From a virus, in the IMG/VR virus record IMGVR_UViG_3300013372_001471, positions 9,103 through 73,102 of that record: a stretch of 64,000 nucleotides of DNA; one strand, 5' to 3'. How positions within the stretch are numbered: the first letter of the stretch is position 1; the number at the start of each line of letters is the position of its first letter. Shown one piece after another: positions 36,729 through 47,900 of this stretch. The notes under the pieces are model-generated. The model saw only the letters and a program-made list of their open reading frames with translations. It did not search any database and was not told the DNA's origin. A program made the translations under genes and the position numbers.

Positions 36729-37873
36729 ACTTCATCTTGTAATAATGGTTCATTTGAAAGTGTTACATCGTCTATACGAGCTTCATCAAGTTTCTTATAT
36801 TTCATAATTACTTTCTCTGCGATTTCATCATAAACTATATCATACAATTCAGGATTACTCATAATCTTTTCAACAAATTCTTTGGATTGAAATTTTATTA
36901 TCTCTCCAGTTCTTTTGTCTGTCCATGAATACCATGCACCTGATTGTGAAACAAGATTGTGTTCCTTCATAACAGTTAGCCATGAAGAATAGTCATCTAT
37001 ACCACTATCAAAATAAACTTCATATTCACACTCACGAAGCGGTGGACCTACTCTGTTCTTTACCAATTTCGCCTTAACTCTTGAACCAACAATTTCATCA
37101 CGACCTTCTCTCTTTGCTTTGATAGCACCGATTGAAGAAAGACGAAGACGAACAGAAGCATGGAAAGGAATACCTTTACCACCTGGTGTTGTCCAAGGAT
37201 CAGAGAATGCTGGGGCATTTAGTTTCTGACGAAGTTGGTTTGTAATAATCAAACAAATACGCTCTCTACCGATAAGGTTTGTAATTTTCCTCATTGCCTT
37301 TGAAATGATAAGTGCCTTTGCCGTAGCATAGCCATCCTTATCAAAGTCCGCAGCCATTTCTGTTTTAGTGGATGCACCGGCGATTGAATCAACTACTATC
37401 GTTACCAACCTATCTTTATCGGATGAACGAACTTTGTCAATGATAACATCAACAGTTTCAAAAATATCTTCTACTGTTTCCAATGGAATGTATAACATAT
37501 CTTTTAAGTTCAAACCGATTGCAGATAGATATTCAGTTGCGATTGCATTTTCGGTATCAATATAAACTGCAAGACCACCTTTCTTTTGTGTGTTGAGAAG
37601 GGCATGGGCTGCCAACAATGATTTACCAGATTGTTCGAGACCTGTTATTTCAGATACACGACCAACAGGAAAACCACCATACTTGCGATTGGAAATGGCC
37701 AAATCTAACATAGTTGAGCCAGTTCCAACCCATTCTTTTACTATTGTAGGTGCATCACTATCACCTTCAAGAAAGTAAGCGGTCTTAACATTTTGAGCTT
37801 TGAATTGTTTGTTTATAGTTTCGGCAATGAGCCCACCGAGTTCATCGGAAAGATCACTCTTTGATTTTGCCAT
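36725..37873 (-). CDS. recA: RecA/UvsX recombinase
   Basis: GLEQSGKS (Walker A), YIDTENA, VVDS, NQLRQK, TTPGGKGIPFHAS, KNRVGPP. Confidence 0.93.
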   Translation of the reverse strand: MAKSKSDLSDELGGLIAETINKQFKAQNVKTAYFLEGDSDAPTIVKEWVGTGSTMLDLAISNRKYGGFPVGRVSEITGLEQSGKSLLAAHALLNTQKKGGLAVYIDTENAIATEYLSAIGLNLKDMLYIPLETVEDIFETVDVIIDKVRSSDKDRLVTIVVDSIAGASTKTEMAADFDKDGYATAKALIISKAMRKITNLIGRERICLIITNQLRQKLNAPAFSDPWTTPGGKGIPFHASVRLRLSSIGAIKAKREGRDEIVGSRVKAKLVKNRVGPPLRECEYEVYFDSGIDDYSSWLTVMKEHNLVSQSGAWYSWTDKRTGEIIKFQSKEFVEKIMSNPELYDIVYDEIAEKVIMKYKKLDEARIDDVTLSNEPLLQDEV

Positions 37874-37885
37874 AACTCACCCTTA

Positions 37886-38641
37886 TTAAAATAAATCATC
37901 AAATGTAACACCAACATCTTCAGCAGATGTAGATGGCTTCTCACTCTTTTCTTGTTTGTAGTTTAGGTCTGCTGCAGGTTCTTCTTGTGATGACGCACCC
38001 ATCCAAGTTTGCAATTGAATCTTCAAATCATCATAAGATGGTTCTGGATACAATTCTGTAATTTGGGGTTGAGACTTAATCTTTTCAAGAACATCTGCAC
38101 TTTCTGTAATAGGTGTTTCTTTTGGTTTAACACGAATACTTGTTTCTGCATAAGTCTTACCGGCTTCTTCTGGTGACTTAACGGTAACAACAATGTCACG
38201 ACCAGATTTTGGATCAGACAAATCACCGTAATCGGGATCAACAAAGAAAGCAAGCAGTTCTTCATAGATTTGTTTACCAAATCCCCAAAACTTTACACCT
38301 TCATTTTCTTGACCACGAACAATAACAGGAACATAGATACGCATTTTGGGTTCCAATTTTCTACCCATTACCCAATCTTCTTTATCACCAGTCTGTTTAA
38401 GTTTTTCTGCAAACTCAACCACAGGATCAGGACGACCAAATGATGCAGGTGAAAGAATAGACCTCTTACCCAAATTGTAATGGAAATACAATTCGATGAA
38501 TGGATTTTCTCTGTTGTGGATGTAGGGAACAATTCTGATTTGGGTTTCACCCGGATCGGGTTTCCAAATGTTAGATGTGCGATTGTTTGTGTTTTTTAGA
38601 GAGTTCAAACGACTCTTGATTGCATCGAGGTTGATACCCAT
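37886..38641 (-). CDS. Single-stranded DNA-binding protein (T4 gp32-like)
   Basis: WKP..G...IRIVP, PFIELYFHY, GVKFWGFGK, acidic tail ending FDDLF. Confidence 0.85.
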   Translation of the reverse strand: MGINLDAIKSRLNSLKNTNNRTSNIWKPDPGETQIRIVPYIHNRENPFIELYFHYNLGKRSILSPASFGRPDPVVEFAEKLKQTGDKEDWVMGRKLEPKMRIYVPVIVRGQENEGVKFWGFGKQIYEELLAFFVDPDYGDLSDPKSGRDIVVTVKSPEEAGKTYAETSIRVKPKETPITESADVLEKIKSQPQITELYPEPSYDDLKIQLQTWMGASSQEEPAADLNYKQEKSEKPSTSAEDVGVTFDDLF

Positions 38642-38713
38642 GATGTTTCTCCAAATGTGTAATAAATAATGTTTAATCGTTACTAAAAGAATGTTATGTC
38701 TAATAGAACAATA

Positions 38714-38745
38714 CTAATATATGAATTTAATGTTTAATAAGCAAG
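38714..38745 (-). promoter_or_regulatory. Bacteroidota-type sigma70 promoter-like site
   Basis: Minus strand CTTG-N20-TATATTAG, upstream of the ssb-recA-exo-helicase operon. Confidence 0.55.
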
Positions 38746-38754
38746 CAATTTTTT

Positions 38755-39399
38755 TTATTTTTTTGTCATAAGATGCGTTCTAACAATTTCTTTGATCTTC
38801 TTACGAAATTTATTACGCAATCTTTCATTGACTTTTATTTCAGTTTTTGGTTCTTCTTTATCTTTCTTTTCTTTTTTAGTTGGTTCCTTTTCATCTGACT
38901 TTGATTCGGTTGGCTCTGCTAATGCTGAAATTTCATCATCTATTTTTTTAGATACATCTTCCACAATAGAATTTATATCTTCAACTAATGTTTCAAGAAC
39001 TTTAATATCAGCTTCTGTTAATTTACGTTTGACATAAATACTTATTCTTTTAACAATAAGTTCAATATCATTTTCGTGTGATTCTTTATCTTCTTCAGCA
39101 TAAGCGGATGATTTTAATTTTGCAAGAGAATTGAACAATGCCTTCAATGATGGGTTATTTGAAAATCTAGATCCTATTGCCTGTAACTTATCCCTCACAT
39201 CACCATAAGATTTTGAATTTACAAGTGGTGAAAACCAATTTTTTATTACATCTGGCGTATCAGACGGAAACATCATTTTCAAATAACTACTACGACTACC
39301 ATCAATAGCAGATGAAGCGTCTATGAAAATAATATAACCCAACGGACTAATTGCTGATTCTGTTATAGATTCGTTTATTTTATTTTTAATCTTCTTCAT
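38755..39399 (-). CDS. Hypothetical protein
   Basis: 214-aa Lys/Glu-rich ORF; N-terminal INE/ITE tripeptides. Confidence 0.7.
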   Translation of the reverse strand: MKKIKNKINESITESAISPLGYIIFIDASSAIDGSRSSYLKMMFPSDTPDVIKNWFSPLVNSKSYGDVRDKLQAIGSRFSNNPSLKALFNSLAKLKSSAYAEEDKESHENDIELIVKRISIYVKRKLTEADIKVLETLVEDINSIVEDVSKKIDDEISALAEPTESKSDEKEPTKKEKKDKEEPKTEIKVNERLRNKFRKKIKEIVRTHLMTKK

Positions 39400-39406
39400 T
39401 TGTTTC

Positions 39407-39736
39407 TCACGGTAGTAATGTTAGTTTACCCGAACTCTGTATTAAATAAACACTTATGCTAGTTTCTTTATTAAAAAAATGTAGTTTGCCACCCATAGGT
39501 TTTTTATAGGTATACCCAATTTCTTTTAGAGCATCAACTATCTCATGTTCTTTATACATACTAGCATCTATGACATTATCAGGAAGCATAGATACATCTG
39601 ATAACTTCTTTTTTAGTTCCTCAAATATACTATCAAATCCGGTTCCTTCTTTGATTGTTTTCTTATATTCGAGTATTTTTTTAACAACTCTATGTGTTAT
39701 TTCATCAATAATTGATTTAGTCATATGGCTTTTCAT
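39407..39736 (-). CDS. Hypothetical protein
   Basis: 109-aa ORF; ATATTTAT motif 24 nt upstream (39760-39767). Confidence 0.7.
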   Translation of the reverse strand: MKSHMTKSIIDEITHRVVKKILEYKKTIKEGTGFDSIFEELKKKLSDVSMLPDNVIDASMYKEHEIVDALKEIGYTYKKPMGGKLHFFNKETSISVYLIQSSGKLTLLP

Positions 39737-39766
39737 TTAGTTATACCTAATACTATTAAATAAATA

Positions 39767-40156
39767 TCAAAAAGTTTGAACTTTAACAAGAAATATCTTC
39801 ACTACACGAAATCCGTCTTTATTCTTTAATAGTGCGCAGTTTCGGTATCTCTCCCATTCAATTGGATATTTTTTATCAAGCACACCGTTATTCAAATTCA
39901 TTATCAATTCATTCAAAGCATTTATGGTGTATATTGTATTTGTTTCACGTTTTTGATGAACCATTATTGAATTTGGTAAAAACTTCTTGTAGCTATCCAT
40001 GATTATATTGTATGATAATATACAATCGTCTTTTATCTCAAACGATTTGAAAATGAAGATTTTATTATTTAATACTGAAAAATTTAGTTTTATTTCTTCT
40101 ATTACTTTGTCTAACTCATACTTTTTAGCAAAAGTGCAAACAAGTTGTGTTTTCAA
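39767..40156 (-). CDS. Hypothetical phage protein
   Basis: MKTQLVCTF...HQKRETNTIYTINALN...NNGVLD..Y.I.W. Confidence 0.75.
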   Translation of the reverse strand: MKTQLVCTFAKKYELDKVIEEIKLNFSVLNNKIFIFKSFEIKDDCILSYNIIMDSYKKFLPNSIMVHQKRETNTIYTINALNELIMNLNNGVLDKKYPIEWERYRNCALLKNKDGFRVVKIFLVKVQTF

Positions 40157-40173
40157 TATGTCTCTCTCATTAG

Positions 40174-40359
40174 TTAAGATTTTGTGTCAGTATCATCTGG
40201 AAATTTCAATGAAAGCATTACACGAAATAATAAATCCTCGTCATCTATGTATCTTGATAATATCTCTTTTGCTGCATTCATATGTGCCTCATTGTAGACA
40301 TTGAATCTATCGGTGTTTATTTTTTCAATCAATTCTTTTGCAATCTCATTAAAATCCAT
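40174..40359 (-). CDS. Hypothetical protein
   Basis: 61-aa ORF; ATATTTAT motif 44 nt upstream (40403-40410). Confidence 0.55.
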   Translation of the reverse strand: MDFNEIAKELIEKINTDRFNVYNEAHMNAAKEILSRYIDDEDLLFRVMLSLKFPDDTDTKS

Positions 40360-40414
40360 ACAAAACCATATTTGTTAATTTTACAATACATACATACTTC
40401 ATATAAATATGTTC

Positions 40415-41629
40415 TTAAATTTGTTTAATGTGTCCAAAATCTTCTCCCGAGTAAATTTTTATGGTCATATTATCAGTTTCAAATGCAGTCTTTAACACAT
40501 CAATTAAATGTTTTTCATCTGGATGAATATCGAAAATAAATGCATCATAAAGATACATCATAAAAACTGATTTCTTATCTACTAAATGTGGTAAGATACT
40601 TTTTATTTTACGGACATTGTATTCCGTTTCCAACGATTGTAGAACATAATTAAATACTTTATTCGGTGTTGCATCTTGAATATCTCTGAAAAGTTTTTCG
40701 TAAAACCAAGACTTCACCACACCATCAATTTGATACCGATAATACAATTCATCTATGAGTGCTTGAACGGAACGAAAGAAGGTATGATTCATAAACTCTG
40801 GAGTTATCATCCCATATATGTTCTGGAATACTTTACCTTTGAATTGGTCATAGTCCATATCTATTCCCAAATCATTTTGTATTTGTTCGTAAGGATGATA
40901 TTCAAATCTATAATCTAATATCTTTGCCAATAATTTTATATGGAAAGCATCGTAGTCAAACTGAACAATCTTTCCTCCATCAAACCGTGAACGAATTTTA
41001 TCTCTACTACCGTCTTTCTTATTCATTGCAGAGAAGTTAAATCCACCCCAAGCATTACTTGGTCTGCCTGTTGCCGTATACCACATATAATTTTGTTTCT
41101 TCCATTCGTCACCAACAAGAATATCATTTTTTTCAATCTCATGGAATACATTTATGAAATCATTACAATAGTCTATGCAATTTTGAGTAATTGGATTATC
41201 TTCATAAATCTTCATAACATATCTTGCAATTCTTCTTGCCCATTCCAATTGTTTTGAAAGTGGTATGACTTGACCTAAATCTTCTATCTTGTAAAATTTG
41301 TTTGCAAGTATTTCCATTCCTTTCGGGTAAAATTCATGTGGGTTTATGCTGTCTGATATGTAGTAATGAAGATATGAATTTATATCAATACCATCGGTTA
41401 TATTGTTATACACTAACGTCTTTTTATTGAACACAAGGGTTTTGGGATGCAAACGAATATCATGTAAACTAATATCACTATCAATTTCATCTGGATGTGT
41501 AAAGTTTAGGTATTGTTCTTCGCCATCCGTAAAAAGAAAATACATACCAACGATACTAACAATAGATTGATGTTTGTTTGGATTGCTTGTGATTGGAATG
41601 CAAACCGAAGGTTTTTCTTGAAATATCAT
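40415..41629 (-). CDS. DNA polymerase family A-like protein (minimal palm/fingers)
   Basis: TATGRPSN, QFDYDAFHIKL (motif A), FNYVLQSLE, YLYDAFIFD (motif C). Confidence 0.75.
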   Translation of the reverse strand: MIFQEKPSVCIPITSNPNKHQSIVSIVGMYFLFTDGEEQYLNFTHPDEIDSDISLHDIRLHPKTLVFNKKTLVYNNITDGIDINSYLHYYISDSINPHEFYPKGMEILANKFYKIEDLGQVIPLSKQLEWARRIARYVMKIYEDNPITQNCIDYCNDFINVFHEIEKNDILVGDEWKKQNYMWYTATGRPSNAWGGFNFSAMNKKDGSRDKIRSRFDGGKIVQFDYDAFHIKLLAKILDYRFEYHPYEQIQNDLGIDMDYDQFKGKVFQNIYGMITPEFMNHTFFRSVQALIDELYYRYQIDGVVKSWFYEKLFRDIQDATPNKVFNYVLQSLETEYNVRKIKSILPHLVDKKSVFMMYLYDAFIFDIHPDEKHLIDVLKTAFETDNMTIKIYSGEDFGHIKQI

Positions 41630-41659
41630 ATACTAATTTGGATTGATTGTAACATAACC

Positions 41660-41690
41660 CAAATATAATCATTTTTTTTGTAAATTCAAA
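41660..41690 (-). promoter_or_regulatory. Bacteroidota-type sigma70 promoter
   Basis: Minus strand TTTG-N19-TATATTTG, an exact consensus match. Confidence 0.7.
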
Positions 41691-41698
41691 ATAAAAAT

Positions 41699-42559
41699 TT
41701 ATAGATTATTCAATCCAAATCCGGGAATTTTATCCTCTGCTGTATCTGAAACGTTTTCTCGACTTACATTCGGTATAGATGTTTCGATAGAGATTGGCGT
41801 ATTAGATATAGGTTCTTTTGTTTCAACTCTTGGTTTTACAGCTGGAACATTCTCATACACAGTCAATTCTCTTGGATTGCGAACTAGTTGTTTAATCAAA
41901 CGAAACTTTTTTGAATATCTATCTATAATTCTTAAATTAGTATCTATAACACCTGGCATTTTTAATAAGTATCCATCGTGAATATCATATTCAGGACCGT
42001 CAACTTTCCAAGGCATTGAAATCATTTCATATAGATATTGGTTTATACCAATGGTGCTATCACCATACTCCTGTGATTGTTCTGGAGATATTTCAAAAAA
42101 TACCCGTTCTCTCTCATTTCTTTTTGTAACAAAATATCTATATGTTGATCCCGCGTCAATCTCTTTTTGTGTCAGTTGTCTTTTTACAGGTCTAGGTGAT
42201 GTGAATTTATAGTATTCATCTGTATTGTTTCTTTTCTTTCTACGAATGCCTGGATTATTTGTTCCTGTTTTGTAAAAATGTTTTAGGTCATAATACTTCT
42301 TTTTTGGCTCTGATAAATTTCTAAACCTTATTAGTCTTTCTGATTTCAATGGGTTCCATTCATGTTCGGTAAAGACTTCACCAGTTGTATATCTGTGATA
42401 AAAACCAACATAATCTGTAAAGTCTCTAAGCAACATAAATTCGCGGCCATTAGTAAATAGATTTTTTACTATTTGACTTTCAGGATAATAAATTTTTTGT
42501 CTATAATCTTTTATATTCATTATCCTAACCTCATAATTCCTTTCAAACTTGTTTCCCAA
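41699..42559 (-). CDS. Hypothetical protein at the end of the baseplate module
   Basis: 286-aa ORF following the hub-like gene; true start may be the ATG near 42520. Confidence 0.65.
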   Translation of the reverse strand: MGNKFERNYEVRIMNIKDYRQKIYYPESQIVKNLFTNGREFMLLRDFTDYVGFYHRYTTGEVFTEHEWNPLKSERLIRFRNLSEPKKKYYDLKHFYKTGTNNPGIRRKKRNNTDEYYKFTSPRPVKRQLTQKEIDAGSTYRYFVTKRNERERVFFEISPEQSQEYGDSTIGINQYLYEMISMPWKVDGPEYDIHDGYLLKMPGVIDTNLRIIDRYSKKFRLIKQLVRNPRELTVYENVPAVKPRVETKEPISNTPISIETSIPNVSRENVSDTAEDKIPGFGLNNL

Positions 42560-44541
42560 GTATTAACATCTATTTTATTATTGATACCATTGATTGCAAA
42601 TACAGAACCGCCATATCCTGGTGGTTTAAGATTTGTATTTATTGCCTCATTGAAGCCCCATCCGGAACACCCATCTATCGTTACACCAAAATCTATTGGA
42701 AACAATACCCTCTTTTTTGAATGATGTCCACCCATAGCTTTTTTCTTCAACTTCAAACAACCTTTCATCGAATCGCCCCATGTAGTATTTATTCCATTTT
42801 GATCGGCTTGATTTAATAAATCTTGAATTGCTGATCCTGGATTTGAACCATGTGTTGCACCTGGTTTAGCAGGTGTATCAACATTACCGCCACCCATTAT
42901 TGCAGCACCCATTGTTGAACTTGTTTTACATGATATACTAACATTTTTAAGCATGGGTTTACCGAAACTTGCATTGAAACCGAACCCACTTTGGGGATCA
43001 CAATAACTCATATCTTCTACTGAAAGGACTGATAGTGATTTACCAACACCGCCACAACTTGGAAATTTCTCAATAACTTGTGTTGCTAACTGCCACCAAT
43101 CACCAGATGCTTCATTGGCTCTCTTACATAGTTCATTCAAAAAACTTGTTAAATTCTTTTGATTAGCATTACCATCGTTATTATCATTAAAAAATTGTCT
43201 CCAAGTTTCTTTAACATAATCACAATTAAACCATATACTACCTATTGGACTTCGGTTTGTTGGCATAGCAGGACTTCCACCCTTATATGTGCATTGTGGC
43301 CATAAAACTTCCATAGGATATGAACTCATAAACCCATCTGATCCAGGACCACCTGCCTTTGTTTTATTCGCAATATCAACCCCCTTAACTGCTCCCTTTG
43401 TTGCTGAAACAATTAGTGGTTTTAGGTAATCCTCCATACTTCCAAAATTAACATACCAAAACTTTTTAACAATTGGTTTTGTTATTTGGCCGGCACTACC
43501 TGCACTGCCACCAGAAGGCGGTGGTGTTCCAGACGAACCTTGACTTCCCTGACTACCGGCAGCACCAACAGCAGCTTCATCAAATTTATTAACTTCATCT
43601 GTTTCTGGTGGATCGGGTTGCCATGGTATACCAACTGCAATATATCTTAAACTGCCAATTGTTGTTGCTCCTTGTACCTCCCATGCTTTAATACCATATA
43701 TTTGTTCTGGAGCACCAGTGCCAGGTGTCAATGCTCCCATTACTGAACCTGCTGCTCCACCGCTTCCGGCAGATGGCAATGGATTTAATTGAGCCATTGC
43801 TTGATCTATAGAAGTTCCCAAATCTGCACCAACAGCTTTAAGTTGCTTAGCATCAAGTGGAGCAAACGGAGGATCATTTGGGGTAGCAGTTGTTGATGCT
43901 CCTGCTGCACCAGATGGACCGGTTGAAGTGCTGGAAGGTGTAGTTTCTGCGTTTGGCTTTGAAAGATTACCAGTTACTCCGGTTGCAATAACACCTTGAG
44001 CAAGAAGTGATGTGGATGCATTGATAGAAACATCGGTATTTACAGACCAACTAAAATCCATAACCATACCACTAAAACCAAATTTCGAAGCACACTGCGA
44101 ACTTGCCCACGTTGTCCATCCAAAAGAAACACCTATGTTTGCACCTGGTTTGAAAAATGAACCACCAAATCCTATATCAAGACCACTAGCAGTTAGTGCA
44201 GGATAAATTGTAAAACTGATTGATGCCTTTATTACCGATCCCATTGCACCTTCATTTGATGTATCAACACCGGTTAAAATTGGTAGAGTTGGTGTGTGTG
44301 ACTTGGGTTTATACAATGAAATATCACCACCCTTTGTTATATGTTCTTTCCCTTTTGGAAAAGTTAAACCACCAGCATTTGCCCAAGTTTTTCTACCGTA
44401 TGCCCAATAAATACCAGCAGCAGATGGATCTGCACCACCACGAATTTTTTTACCGTAAACAATACCACGAGCATTAACTTCACCAGCGCCTGGACCTGGC
44501 GGCCGAAGAAACGGGTTTGTTACACCTATACTCCATGCCAT
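42520..44541 (-). CDS. Putative baseplate hub / tail-tip protein
   Basis: Follows the LysM-like wedge gene; C-terminal FPIDFGVTIDG.SG...VFAI.GI...I....WET; Gly/Ser/Ala-rich linkers. Confidence 0.5.
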   Translation of the reverse strand: MAWSIGVTNPFLRPPGPGAGEVNARGIVYGKKIRGGADPSAAGIYWAYGRKTWANAGGLTFPKGKEHITKGGDISLYKPKSHTPTLPILTGVDTSNEGAMGSVIKASISFTIYPALTASGLDIGFGGSFFKPGANIGVSFGWTTWASSQCASKFGFSGMVMDFSWSVNTDVSINASTSLLAQGVIATGVTGNLSKPNAETTPSSTSTGPSGAAGASTTATPNDPPFAPLDAKQLKAVGADLGTSIDQAMAQLNPLPSAGSGGAAGSVMGALTPGTGAPEQIYGIKAWEVQGATTIGSLRYIAVGIPWQPDPPETDEVNKFDEAAVGAAGSQGSQGSSGTPPPSGGSAGSAGQITKPIVKKFWYVNFGSMEDYLKPLIVSATKGAVKGVDIANKTKAGGPGSDGFMSSYPMEVLWPQCTYKGGSPAMPTNRSPIGSIWFNCDYVKETWRQFFNDNNDGNANQKNLTSFLNELCKRANEASGDWWQLATQVIEKFPSCGGVGKSLSVLSVEDMSYCDPQSGFGFNASFGKPMLKNVSISCKTSSTMGAAIMGGGNVDTPAKPGATHGSNPGSAIQDLLNQADQNGINTTWGDSMKGCLKLKKKAMGGHHSKKRVLFPIDFGVTIDGCSGWGFNEAINTNLKPPGYGGSVFAINGINNKIDVNTWETSLKGIMRLG

Positions 44542-44543
44542 AA

Positions 44544-44879
44544 TTACCTCATAAAATTATACTGTTGAAACAGAGCACCTATACCTGTTATTTTATCATA
44601 GTATGGTATTCGTATTACTAATCCAGGAGGTATTACTAAACTTCCTCTACCTAAATTATTAACGGAAGCAAGAACAAACCAATAAGATGCATCCCCATAA
44701 TAATCAAACGCGAGATTATCTAATCTATCCCCTAAATGTGAAACTATGAAAATATCTTCATTATTAGAAAAACCGGGATAAAAAATGCTAGATAATCTAC
44801 TAACTCTTTTTTGTGTGCCATCTGGGTTAGTTTTATTTATTCCAGTTATAGTATTACATTCTTCATATCTATTGGGCAT
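44544..44879 (-). CDS. Baseplate LysM-like protein (P2 gpX/T4 gp53-like)
   Basis: GDRLDNLAFDYYGDASYWFVLASVN...PGLVIRIP. Confidence 0.8.
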   Translation of the reverse strand: MPNRYEECNTITGINKTNPDGTQKRVSRLSSIFYPGFSNNEDIFIVSHLGDRLDNLAFDYYGDASYWFVLASVNNLGRGSLVIPPGLVIRIPYYDKITGIGALFQQYNFMR

Positions 44880-44945
44880 AGTATCCTTTTGCTATAAAAT
44901 ATACAACATACTAATAAATATACCGTAAAATAAAATTACAATATA

Positions 44946-47900
44946 TTAAGGGGGATTTTTATTTGATGCTTGTTTAGCAGCATCTTGAGCAGCTTTCTTA
45001 GCAGTTTCATCTGCGATTCTCTTTGCTTCAGCTTCTTCATAAGCTTTGGTATCTGCTGCATATTTCTTCTGTTCTTCCGCGTCCGCAGCGTCTAACGCCT
45101 CGTCTCTAGCTCTATTCTTTTCAAATGATTCTTGCTGACTTGCAGGCAGCCAGGTGTACACAGTTTCTTCCTTTTCTTCAAATTCATCGTCTTTACCACC
45201 TGGTTTTTCTATTCTAACTTTTTGTTTAACAGGAACTTTAACATATCCCATTTTCTTATAGTCTTCATCTGATAATCCATCGCCGTCTTTAATGTCCTCA
45301 AATGGTTTTAAGTCTGCTTCTCTTGTTGGATCTTCATCTGCTGGTGGTTTAGCATCACCATCATTTGTTCGGAAGAAGTTTATTCTTTCATCATTTGACG
45401 ATATTGCTGGCATTAAACCATCACCGTTAATATCATCATACAATGAATACATGACACCACCCCATTCAGGACGATAATTACCTATGACAGTAAATCCAAC
45501 TGCAACCTGTATTGTTTTTGGTAGTTGTAATACGCCTGGTTTTGCTTCTTCATTATTATAGTTCTTATCTTCTTTCAAGTGTCCAGTTTCCCAAGTTCCA
45601 CCAACATTATCAAATGTATATGATAACGAATTTATGAATCCAGGCGTCTTTCTGAATAGATGCCCTATGTTCAAACGGCATATTGGGGATCTAAATTTTC
45701 CACTACTATAATCTGGAGCAGTCCATGATGCAAGATAATTCAATTTACGCCACGTTGCCGCCTGTTCATCGCGAGATCCAATGTGAACAGTAAATCCAAA
45801 ACTAACATCTCTTTCATAAGAACCGTATAAGTAAATTGGATCCCCTCTACCCATATACATTTGAGGACTCCAACTTGGTTTGTGATTGTCAGTTATGCTA
45901 TCAAATGCTGCTCTAAAAACTATTGCTTCAGCCGCTTTGCCGGTTGCTCCTTTACCCGATAATTGTGTGCTTGTAAAATAAAATGTTATTAAATCTTTTT
46001 TACCTGGAATTTCTGTATCATTAAGTTCATATACGTCTGCATCATTCATTAGTTTGACAGGATCTCTCCATTTTTTGAAATCTATTATGTTTATACGGTC
46101 TCCTCTAAACTCATACCCATCACCTTGTTTTTTTACAACTTTACCACCATTGTATTTTATATTACTTCTGAATGGTTTACTTCTATCTGCACCAACTTTA
46201 CCAGGATTACCAAAACCAAACTTATCTTCCAAATTATTTGTCTTGTAATCTATTACAGCAGGATCAGTAGAAAATGTTTTCTTTTTGTCACCCCATTCAA
46301 TATCATGTCTAAAATCATTATAGTCATGTGAACGGTTTGCATCTCCACGTGGAATCTTTTTAAGTTTTCCGTAAGCAACCGCAGCATACTGTTTAATCGG
46401 TGCATCTGCTTGTGTTTGTCCAGTTGGTATTTGTTTTAATACATCTGGTAATTGTATTGGCATTGTTGATTGAATATCGGTATCACCTGCAATGTTTGCA
46501 CGGGTTCTATCAATATAAGCAATAGGTCTTGGTGTAAACGGATCTTTTTGTTGAATTAACTTATATGCACTTGGTTGAATAAAAGCAGAATTATCAGGAT
46601 TAGTTTTACCACCAGGATATTCTTGACTTTCTTTTCCAGACAAAGTTGAACCACTAACCAAATATGATAGAGCAGTCATTAAACCATCAAAGGTATTTGA
46701 TGATTCTCTATATTGTTTTTCTAATCGTCCCGAATAGGTATTATTTGTTCCGGCTTCGTCTTCTGCAGAATCACCGGTTTTTGTTTTAGGACCAAACCAA
46801 GTTTCTCTTTTTGCTGTTGATGGATATGATTCTGGTAAAATTCCAGACGTATCATAATGAATCATAAATGGATGACTGGCTCTATTTATTATGGTTTCAC
46901 CATTTGGATCAGTTCCAGAATTAGGTCCACCTAAACCACTCAATCTATAAATTTTAGAGCCCCTTTCTTTTTGTGCACTTGATATTGCAGCCGGAAGTTT
47001 TGAATTTATAGGAACAAATGCAGATGGTATCAATTCGGATAAAAGAGCAATCAATCTATTATATTTGTAAACAGAATATACATTACTTGTCTTTTGTATT
47101 GCAGATGATAATATAGTTCCACCATTTGATGACTCTCTTGGGAATTTCATAACATCTATTTTATTACCAAATTGATTATCTGCAGAAGGATTCATTTTCT
47201 TAACAACTCTTTCATAATAATCGAAGTCATCAAGATTATTAGAACTTGGTTTATCGCCATGACGAATACGAATAGCACGACCCCTTAATGTATTATCACG
47301 TATTGCATTAAGTAATGAGTCTGAATTATACATTCTTGTCTTTGCCGTTGGAGAAGACAAAGTGCCAGGATTATCCCAATCATTGAGTGTATCAACGAAT
47401 GGATTATTGTCATATAATTGTGTTTGTAATGTTTCCCATTTTTGACCGCGAGGACTTTTCAACCACAAATCAATTCGTTTTACATCTAACGCATTTATAT
47501 CACTAAATTGATCCGAATACCCACCTTTTGAAACAAAATCTACAGATCCGCTAGGAAATCTTGAATTACCCCATCTTTCGTTCTTAACAACATCTTTTAT
47601 TTGAATACCACGAAGAACATAAGGATCCTGTCTAAACCCACTTGAATTATATGAATCCGTATCTAATTGAAACTTTCTGTATTGTAAATTTAATTGCCCA
47701 CCATTTTCAGAATATCCATACAAATAACTTCCGTTAATTTGTCTATTATCTCGCATGGTTCTTTCATACTTCTTATTGTAAGCACCTGCAGTTTTTGGTA
47801 ATACTGTTCTACTTGATACATAATACGGATGTGTTGAATCATTTATTGTTATATTTGGAACTTGATTCTCCAAAGAAGCAAGAGTTCCTGGTTGTGTCCA

